In this document: positions 7,701 to 12,913 of the stretch, in pieces
How the letters are laid out: the number at the start of each line of letters is the position of its first letter
Position numbering within the stretch: position 1 is the first letter of the stretch
From: a bacterium
GTDB taxonomy: Bacteria; Zhuqueibacterota; Zhuqueibacteria; Zhuqueibacterales; Zhuqueibacteraceae
Direction of reading: 5' to 3'
DNA length: 12,913 nucleotides
Assembly (NCBI GenBank): GCA_044869275.1
Contig: JBIOXB010000216.1
Location: forward strand, 1 to 12,913
Position numbers and translations under genes: made by a program
Notes under the pieces: generated by a model
What the model was told of the DNA's origin: nothing
The model's input: the letters and a program-made list of their open reading frames with translations, nothing else
Database searches by the model: none

Positions 7701-10469
7701 GGTTTCCCAGCTATAACGCCCGCCGACTCCCGCCTTGCGCACGGCATGCCATTGCCGCTGCACCACGCGCATTCTGATGCTGCGATCTGAGAGCAGCCGG
7801 TCCTCCGGCGAAACTGCAATCACGCTGCACGCCACGGCACGATGGGCGGGAAAAAAGTAGCCGGCGGTGCGCAGGCCGAGGTAGAACTCCGCGGGATGAA
7901 CCGGCACAGCCGTTCGGCCCGCAAGCGCTTGCCCGCTCGCGCTCGTGACTTCGCCTTCAATCAGAAGTTTCCTCATGCCCGGAACGCCCGTGGGAATCGC
8001 CTGGCCCTGGATCGCGATCTCGCCATTCGCATCCAGAGAGTCGTCGCCCGAGGCCAGCAATTCGCTGCCGCGATGTTCCTGGCTTTCCGACCACGCCCGC
8101 CATTGCCAGAAGGTATAATCCACAAACCTTTCCGATTCGAACTGCGCCGGCGTGAGCTGCATGCGCCATTTGACCGGCGCCTGGCGGAGAGGCGAGCCGA
8201 ACAAATAGCGCGCGGAAATCTTTGCGGTGACGGCTTCACCTGCAAGATAGCCGCGTTTCAAATGAACTACATTTGTAGCGAGCGCCGTCACGGCAAATTC
8301 CGCGGCGCGAAACGCCTCCACGCGGAACGAACCGGTGGCGAGCACACCGCTGCGATCCTCAAATTCTTCACCCTGCGGGGTATTGGGGTCGGCCGGCGCG
8401 CTCAGTGTCATCCAATACAAACCGAGCGCGGCACTTTTGTCCAATTTCAAACTGTCATCGAACGCGCCGTAATCGGAAAGCTGGATGGTTTTGCTGACGA
8501 CCTCCTGGTTGCGCGCGTCTTCGATGCGCCATTGCCACGCGCGCTGTGGCGGCGGCTGCCACTCACCGTCGCCACCTTTTTCGCGCAGGATGCCCTTGAA
8601 ATAAACCGTCTCGCCCGCACGATATAAACCGCGGTCGGTCATCACCACGCCCGTGCGTGTCAGCGGCTGGGGATTCCATTCATAGTCGATGCCGAAGCGA
8701 TAAGGATAAATACCCGTACCCCATTCGCTGTGCAGGAAGGCCAGGTCCGCATTCTGGCGCACGAACACCCACAAGCGCGGCGGTTCCCATTGGCTCTTGG
8801 CGGCGACGTTGAGCGCAGCCCAGCCCGGCGTTTCGCAACGGCCCTCGGCATCTGTCGCGCCCGTCCACAAGACTTGATTGTTGTCGTTGCGCACCTCCAC
8901 GCTTGCGCCGGCCACCGGTGCGGCGTCTTTCATGTGCGTGACGAACACCAAATTATTCGCCGGGGAAAATTTGCCCGTAATGCCGAGATGCGTGACTTGA
9001 TACAACCCGGCGTAGTATTGCCGTTCGCCTGCTTCTGGCGCGTGAATTTGAACGAAGACCACGCCCATGGTGTCGGCGGTTAGGGCGTGCTGCAATTCCA
9101 CTGGCCGCAAATGCCAAAAATTGCGCTTGCGGCCGAACAGTATCGATTTTTGCACCGGCAATTCTTGTGCGACTGCGGCAGCATTATAGAAAATATCATC
9201 ATGGTTCAGCAGGGGAATGATTTCATCGGCAGCCAGTTTTTTCATGCGCACGTCCACCGAGGACAGATTCATGCCCTCGATGGGGACGCGGCGCTGGCCG
9301 TCAGCCTCGACGATTCCCGGACCCGCGGAGAAGCGCATTTGCGGCGGAAAACCGGTGGTGGTGATCTTTCCCGTTACCGCTTTGCCGAGCTTGTTGCCGA
9401 ATTGATCCGGCAGGCCGGCGTCGATGGTGAAAGTAATCGTGGTGTCCGGCGGAAAGTAAAATGAAAGATTGAGCTCGGCTTGGTACCAATCCCATGTGCT
9501 GTAATATTCTGGAATCGTGATCGCAGGATCGAAGCGCAAATGCTTGATCAAATCCGCCACGCTGACGGGGTTGGTAAACTGGAAAATGAGATTCGCCAGT
9601 GGCGGTACCGGCTCTTTCGGCTGCCAATCTTTCAAACGAAAAGCTTCTGCCGTTGAGAATTTCAACACGAACGGCGCCGCCGTGCCCAAAGGACCGAGCA
9701 GGGAAGGCATTCCGGCTTGCACCGTGACGGTAATGGGCTGGCCCACCGGCAAAGGCGATTTTGGTATTAAGACGACGGCCGTGCTCGCTTCTTCCGTTTC
9801 TTCCTGGCGTATTTCACTGCTTGCCGGCGCTGTGCGCGCGGAGCGGGGTCTCGTGCTCAATTCACGCATTTCTTCGTCCGTCGGCAGGCGCGTGGTGAAT
9901 GGAATTTTTTGAGCCGCGGTGCCGGCGGGGACACCCCGTTGCGTCGAGCCTGCCGCACCGGAAGCGATCGTAACAAAGTTCGCGGCAGCGGCAAGATTGA
10001 CCGGTTGATCGAAGCGCAAATAAACTTCGGCATCGAGGGAGATCCATTTCGCCCCTTGCTGCGGAAGGGAGCCGATCACTTTTGGACGCGAAGTCTCAAA
10101 CGACCAGGTGTAGGCCTGCGCCAAAACCGCTCCGGAAGCTGCTTTGACTCCGGCCGGAATCGTCACCGTGAATTTTGTGGCCAAGGGCAAAGGCTTGTCG
10201 GGACGAAATTCCAGGCTGGCAGTACCCAGCCAGCGAAACGTGCCGGCAACCGGCGGAGCGAGGGTAAGGGGGCCCGTGGTCATGGGCTGGCCGGACAAGC
10301 CCGCCAAGGGAGCAACAGGCTGGTCGAAAGTGACGACGAGGCGCTGGTTTTCCGCCTCGCTTGCGGCGGTGCCGCGCGGTGAAACGGACACGACTTGCAG
10401 AGCTAGGGGTGTTTGGGCGGCGAGAGTACATGTGAGCAAAACAGTCAAGCATGAAGCCATGAATTTCAT
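4758..10469 (-). CDS. Bacterial alpha-2-macroglobulin (YfhM-like) with N-terminal Ig-like domains and intact thioester motif
   Basis: 1903 aa with an N-terminal signal-like segment and Ig-like repeats (V.SVSP...VTFDQPV, LRFDQPV, FQFTNPV). MG motifs include TDRGLYRAGETV.F.G, LAVVD.GVL.L and LPRFAR.GD. Thioester YPYGCLEQ has CLEQ at 6198-6209, and the C-terminus has DPLPAGFE and EEMY.PE.FGR. RBS AGAGG lies 6 nt upstream. Confidence 0.96.
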   Translation of the reverse strand: MKFMASCLTVLLTCTLAAQTPLALQVVSVSPRGTAASEAENQRLVVTFDQPVAPLAGLSGQPMTTGPLTLAPPVAGTFRWLGTASLEFRPDKPLPLATKFTVTIPAGVKAASGAVLAQAYTWSFETSRPKVIGSLPQQGAKWISLDAEVYLRFDQPVNLAAAANFVTIASGAAGSTQRGVPAGTAAQKIPFTTRLPTDEEMRELSTRPRSARTAPASSEIRQEETEEASTAVVLIPKSPLPVGQPITVTVQAGMPSLLGPLGTAAPFVLKFSTAEAFRLKDWQPKEPVPPLANLIFQFTNPVSVADLIKHLRFDPAITIPEYYSTWDWYQAELNLSFYFPPDTTITFTIDAGLPDQFGNKLGKAVTGKITTTGFPPQMRFSAGPGIVEADGQRRVPIEGMNLSSVDVRMKKLAADEIIPLLNHDDIFYNAAAVAQELPVQKSILFGRKRNFWHLRPVELQHALTADTMGVVFVQIHAPEAGERQYYAGLYQVTHLGITGKFSPANNLVFVTHMKDAAPVAGASVEVRNDNNQVLWTGATDAEGRCETPGWAALNVAAKSQWEPPRLWVFVRQNADLAFLHSEWGTGIYPYRFGIDYEWNPQPLTRTGVVMTDRGLYRAGETVYFKGILREKGGDGEWQPPPQRAWQWRIEDARNQEVVSKTIQLSDYGAFDDSLKLDKSAALGLYWMTLSAPADPNTPQGEEFEDRSGVLATGSFRVEAFRAAEFAVTALATNVVHLKRGYLAGEAVTAKISARYLFGSPLRQAPVKWRMQLTPAQFESERFVDYTFWQWRAWSESQEHRGSELLASGDDSLDANGEIAIQGQAIPTGVPGMRKLLIEGEVTSASGQALAGRTAVPVHPAEFYLGLRTAGYFFPAHRAVACSVIAVSPEDRLLSDRSIRMRVVQRQWHAVRKAGVGGRYSWETTVEDTPVDSGVITSGSKVLAYAFTPQKSGYYIVEAQANDRRGQTAKSAVFLYVSGADYVAWERGDDDRIELVPDRRRYRPGDNATLMVQSPFEKCRALVTIERESIFESRIVELAGTAPTIQIPIKENYLPNVFVSVALLQGRTGNQTFSKEGEDLGKPQFKIGYTNLTVDPGTRHLSLKVKSDRRDYRPGETVRISVDVGRAGGRGAESEITLAVVDVGVLSLIGYGLPDPFGDFYGPRPLSVRTSETLLHLIEQRNYGEKSEATGGGGAFEDIALRSDFKTTPLWLPALRTDAGGHAEAQFKLPGNLTMFRIMAVAHTRDSKFGNGSAEFRVNKPLLLQAALPRFARAGDRLEGGVVVTNATSQRAKVSLQMQARGVAALGDSLANFELAPGESRAIRKPFAAQGVGEAAFQFRARMQNGKEDFSDGLAAKIPISVPQTREVVATSGSTENRALEKLNIPANIFPNAGTLELAASSTAMVGLRESVNYLFEYPYGCLEQRTSRVLPMILAGDLVEAFALPALQQGNYRSAIKEYLEELPRYQTNDGGFSLWAGSPRSWDYITALTLYTMAQAQKNNFEVNHKLLKRVREYANEQLRAEYSADQAISQRSFNYTRALLLHALVLSGEKPDDYLTFLFENRGKVSLDGQCHLLRAAALRKKTAMVTALQTELMNKIKIAPTTAHFEDLKPEELWWCYYSTARTTALCLQALLETKATFPHADKAVRWLMDERKMGRWRTTQENSSVFEALTAFFRAYEKEIPDFTAEIRVAGESILQEAFQGRTTDVRRAEAGLNRFTAQKDLPIEIAKSGPGRLYYGLRMAYYPLQAGPTRDEGLAIQKTIERAETTNGQSGASYRPGEVVQIVLRVITAQERHFVVIDDPLPAGFEAINPRLLTTSSAHQDENGGEGYGWWRTGFDHVEKHDDRVLLFATWLPAGEHVYKYQARATTPGNFTLPSTHGEEMYTPEVFGRFQGGVIEIR

Positions 10470-10510
10470 GATATGCCTCTTGGGGAATGAGGTATTCCAC
10501 CTTCATGTCA

Positions 10511-10864
10511 CTACGCGAGGTATTTAATGGAGAAATAATTGATAGTCAAGTGTATGGTGTTGTCGATGACGATGTGCAGCATCAGATTGATGTCTGCCGG
10601 TGCGCCGGAGGAGGGAGGAGCAGCGTGCTGCCGGGACCATTGCTTCAAGCGCATGATCACGCCGGCCAGGCGGTAATGGTCAATCAAGATATGGGTGAAA
10701 AAGATCACCAGCAGCGCCCAGCTGAGACCGGTGATCAGCACGAAAGGCAGGGCGTAAAAAAAAGAATGCACCACCGCGGCGAACATGCTGGAAGTTTTGT
10801 TCTTCGCCATCCAATCGGTTTGCAGCACATAATCGCCTACGAGATGACAAATGAGTTGATCCAT
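10511..10864 (-). CDS. DUF3307-family small membrane protein
   Basis: 117 aa, hydrophobic. Motifs HLVGDYVLQ..WMA..K, VHSFFY, THILID and DNTIH fit the DUF3307 His/Asp pattern. It lies 41 bp upstream of the macroglobulin start on the same strand. Confidence 0.85.
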   Translation of the reverse strand: MDQLICHLVGDYVLQTDWMAKNKTSSMFAAVVHSFFYALPFVLITGLSWALLVIFFTHILIDHYRLAGVIMRLKQWSRQHAAPPSSGAPADINLMLHIVIDNTIHLTINYFSIKYLA

Positions 10865-11093
10865 GAATGCGGCCCTGTGCCTCTGTGTGGAGTGTCAAGC
10901 AGACCCGGCGCGCTTTTTGTCCCGCCGCGGCGGAGTCGATGCGGGTAAGTCTTTGCTTTGTGGACAAAGATTTCATTGGTAATGGTCGAGACAGGAGAGA
11001 GAATGGTTACGTGCACGGTGAGATTCCCAAGCGGCTTCACCCGATGCGGCGTACGACTGGTTGATTGAAGACCACAGAAAAAGGAACGCGAAA

Positions 11094-11122
11094 ATAATGC
11101 ACAAAAAGCCCTTGAAACGCAA
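11094..11122 (-). promoter_or_regulatory. Putative sigma70 promoter for DUF3307/alpha-2-macroglobulin
   Basis: On the minus strand: TTGCGT (11122-11117), a 17-nt spacer and CATTAT (11099-11094). Confidence 0.35.
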
Positions 11123-11139
11123 GCGAATTCTTGTGAGGC

Positions 11140-11168
11140 TTGTATTCGATTTTACGGATGCTTATACT
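11140..11168 (+). promoter_or_regulatory. Putative sigma70 promoter for the dienoyl-CoA reductase-like SDR
   Basis: TTGTAT (11140-11145), a 17-nt spacer and TATACT (11163-11168), about 50 nt upstream of the start. Confidence 0.5.
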
Positions 11169-11220
11169 TCTTCTTGATCAGACGACATTTGCTGTTCACC
11201 CTCTCATAAAGGAAATGCCC

Positions 11221-12084
11221 ATGTTCAAATCGGATTTGCTGGCGAACAAAATCGCTTGTATTACCGGTGGCGGCTCCGGTCTCGGTTTGTCGATGGCCAC
11301 AGGCTTTGCCGCGTTGGGCGCGAAGGTTGTGATTCTAGGCAGGAACGCCGAGCGTTTGGCCGAAGGCGCGAAAGCAATCACAGCAGCGGGCGGGGGGCGC
11401 GAAACGGCAACTTTTGTTTGCGACGTGCGCGATGATGAGGCCGTCGCCCACACCATGAATGAAATCGAACAAAAAGCCGGATTGCCGCACATTTTAGTCA
11501 ACAATGCCGCCGGCAATTTTCTGGCGGCCTCGGAAGATCTTTCCCCCGGCGGTTTCGACGCCATCGTCAAAATTGTTTTGTACGGCACCTTCAATTGCAC
11601 GCACGCGCTCGCGAATAAATGGATCGCGGCGCAACAGCGCGGCGCGATTTTAAATATAGTGGCAACATATGCCGGTAACGGCTCGGCATTTGTTTTGCCC
11701 TCGGCCTGCGCCAAAGCCGGAGTGCTCGCCATGACACGCTCGCTCGCGGTCGAATGGGCCACGTATGGCATTCGCGTCAACGCCATCGCGCCCGGCCCGT
11801 TTCCCACGGAAGGCGCCTGGCAACGATTGCTGCCGACCAAGGAAATCGAAGAAACTGCCAAACGAAGAATTCCTTCGCACCGCTTTGGACGGCACGAGGA
11901 ACTGGCCAATCTCGCCGCGTTCCTGGTCGCCGAGGGCGCGGACTTCATCACCGGTGAATGTATCGCCATCGACGGCGCCGAAGCGCTTGCCGGGGCCGGG
12001 CAGTTTTCCTCGTTTATGCACATGGAGAGGGCGCAGTTGAAGGGGATGCTGCAGATGATGAAAGCGATGGCGGGAAAGCGGTGA
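11221..12084 (+). CDS. SDR-family 2,4-dienoyl-CoA reductase (DECR-type, probably NADPH-dependent)
   Basis: TGGGSGLG, LGRN (basic residue suggesting NADP), NNAAGNF, GSAFVLPSACAKAGV (SxxxK in place of YxxxK, as in DECR1-type enzymes) and IAPGPFPT.GAW.RL. Start re-called at ATG 11221 after AAAGGA, giving 287 aa. Confidence 0.88.
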   Translation: MFKSDLLANKIACITGGGSGLGLSMATGFAALGAKVVILGRNAERLAEGAKAITAAGGGRETATFVCDVRDDEAVAHTMNEIEQKAGLPHILVNNAAGNFLAASEDLSPGGFDAIVKIVLYGTFNCTHALANKWIAAQQRGAILNIVATYAGNGSAFVLPSACAKAGVLAMTRSLAVEWATYGIRVNAIAPGPFPTEGAWQRLLPTKEIEETAKRRIPSHRFGRHEELANLAAFLVAEGADFITGECIAIDGAEALAGAGQFSSFMHMERAQLKGMLQMMKAMAGKR

Positions 12085-12110
12085 AGACAGCGTCTTTAAC
12101 CTTTCAAAAG

Positions 12111-12396
12111 CTAAAGGGCGGTATGGCTTGCTGGCTGGAGCTTATCAATCCACGGCCTAAAGGTATTCGATTCACTGGCTTCTCGCCTTTTCCTGTTATA
12201 CTCGTTTATAAGAAAGGAGAGAAACTGGCCAGGAAAAATTATGACGATTAATTCCAATGTGGTTTTGGCAATTTCTAAGCCGGCTTCTTTTCCAGATAAC
12301 TCATACCTCGATCATCACCATTTCTTGGAATCGTTAACCTTGATTAGGAATTCGTACTCATTGCCTTTCTTTGGATCATTACCCTGAACTATCACG
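12111..12396 (-). pseudogene. Degenerate ORF fragments, probable decayed cassette gene
   Basis: One minus-strand frame reads VIVQGNDPKKGNEYEFLIKVNDSKKW** and then 66 open codons (12311-12114) SRYELSGKEAGLEIAKTTLELIVIIFPGQFLSFLINEYNRKRREASESNTFRPW...AL*. The sequence is AT-richer and lies downstream of attC in cassette orientation. Confidence 0.35.
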
Positions 12397-12553
12397 ATTT
12401 ATCTGCGTCGAGCACAACTACTAATCGATAGCTCGGTGGAATATGGTCTGTTCGATTTTGATAGTTTGTACTCGTGCGACCTTCCTTAATCGTCTCTTCG
12501 GTTTCGATAGTTTATGCCCCCTGCACGCCTCTTTCCTATTTCCTTCTCGCGTG

Positions 12554-12650
12554 CGCTAACGCAAGCATAACCGGCGCGGGCGCACAGGACGATGTTGAGT
12601 ATTGGAAATCATGCCTCGCGCGCTCGCGTCCGGTTAATGCCGAGTTAGGA
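12554..12650 (-). other. Integron attC recombination site (97 bp)
   Basis: Minus strand: R'' TCCTAAC, 5-nt spacer TCGGC, L'' ATTAACCG (8 nt), stem arm GACGCGAGCGC, variable loop, stem arm GCGCCCGCGC, L' CGGTTAT (7 nt), 6-nt spacer GCTTGC, R' GTTAGCG. This gives canonical box spacing with two extrahelical bases on the R''/L'' arm. Confidence 0.82.
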
Positions 12651-12688
12651 AACATCTGCGCGTAAACTCGACGTCCAGGAAACTTAAT

Positions 12689-12796
12689 CTATGCTTCACG
12701 ATCTTTTAGTTCAATATTGAATCGCATAAGAAAAAGGTTGACTATAAAACGCACAGCATTATCTGTTAGAGCCTTTACTATTGGATCGAAAGTAAT
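12689..12796 (-). pseudogene. 3' end of a probable cassette gene interrupted by the IS3-family element
   Basis: An open frame ITFDPIVKALTDNAVRFIVNLFLMRFNIELKDREA* runs from the IS boundary to a TAG 38 bp before the attC R'' box. It is AT-rich and in cassette orientation. Confidence 0.5.
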
Positions 12797-12797
12797 A

Positions 12798-12913
12798 TGC
12801 ACTGCACCCCTAAAGTTGGACACTCTTGCTAAGGTATAACTGGGTAGCTTATATTGGTTCAAGCAAGAGGGAGCACCAACATGTCACGAAACCGGAGAAG
12901 CTTTACACCGGCT
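12798..12913 (+). mobile_element. IS3-family insertion sequence (IS150-like end), left end (truncated by window end)
   Basis: Starts 5'-TG with TGCACTGCACCCCTAAAGTTGGACA, closely resembling the TGxACTGCACCC...GTTGGAC left inverted repeats of IS150-group elements. It is followed by an RBS and an OrfA-like start. Confidence 0.85.
12881..12913 (+). CDS. IS3-family transposase OrfA, N-terminus (partial)
   Basis: MSRNRRSFTPA... follows GAGGGAG. The RR-x-F-T/S start is typical of IS3 OrfA helix-turn-helix proteins. Confidence 0.75.
   Translation, partial: MSRNRRSFTPA

Noticed and set aside
5076..10527. Long plus-strand ORFs (e.g. 6678..7790, 370 aa; 7842..8627, 261 aa)
   Set aside because: They are antisense shadows of the GC-rich macroglobulin gene with no recognisable motifs.
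10900..10935. Minus-strand GGGACAAAAAGC...GGGTCT resembling part of a c-di-GMP-I riboswitch
   Set aside because: It lacks the upstream GGCAAA(C) element, the GNRA-capped P2 stem and the GCAAAG core; an Rfam scan would be needed to rescue it.
11196..12023. 275-aa minus-strand ORF
   Set aside because: It is an antisense shadow of the SDR, a common artefact for this family.
12474..12665. 63-aa plus-strand ORF
   Set aside because: It runs across the attC palindrome, has no RBS or motifs, and is better explained by the recombination site.
12749..12773. Minus-strand GGCTCTAACAGATAATGCTGTGCGT resembling a second attC R'' box or an ISL3-like inverted repeat
   Set aside because: It has no complementary L'/R' arm, only a loose gapped similarity to the ISL3 end, and lies inside the open cassette-gene frame; likely chance.

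Overview
A GC-rich bacterial window bounded by insertion sequences at both ends. At the left, the 3' end of an ISL3-family transposase and its right inverted repeat sit directly against the last 28 codons of what looks like a zinc-type (MDR) dehydrogenase. That remnant heads a tightly coupled catabolic operon: D-2-hydroxyacid dehydrogenase, FAH-family hydrolase, cyclase-family (KynB-like) hydrolase and an NAD-type SDR. Next come a DinB-family gene, a Uma2-family endonuclease and a hexamer-repeat hairpin. These are followed by a minus-strand DUF3307 plus 1903-aa thioester (CLEQ) alpha-2-macroglobulin pair with no adjacent pbpC, and a divergent 2,4-dienoyl-CoA reductase-type SDR. The AT-richer right end, which has no convincing ORF in the track, holds a well-formed 97-bp integron attC site on the minus strand. 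It is flanked by decayed ORF fragments and by a gene tail cut by the left end of an IS3-family element, which suggests the distal end of a gene-cassette array. All family calls come from motif recognition by eye; no searches were run.
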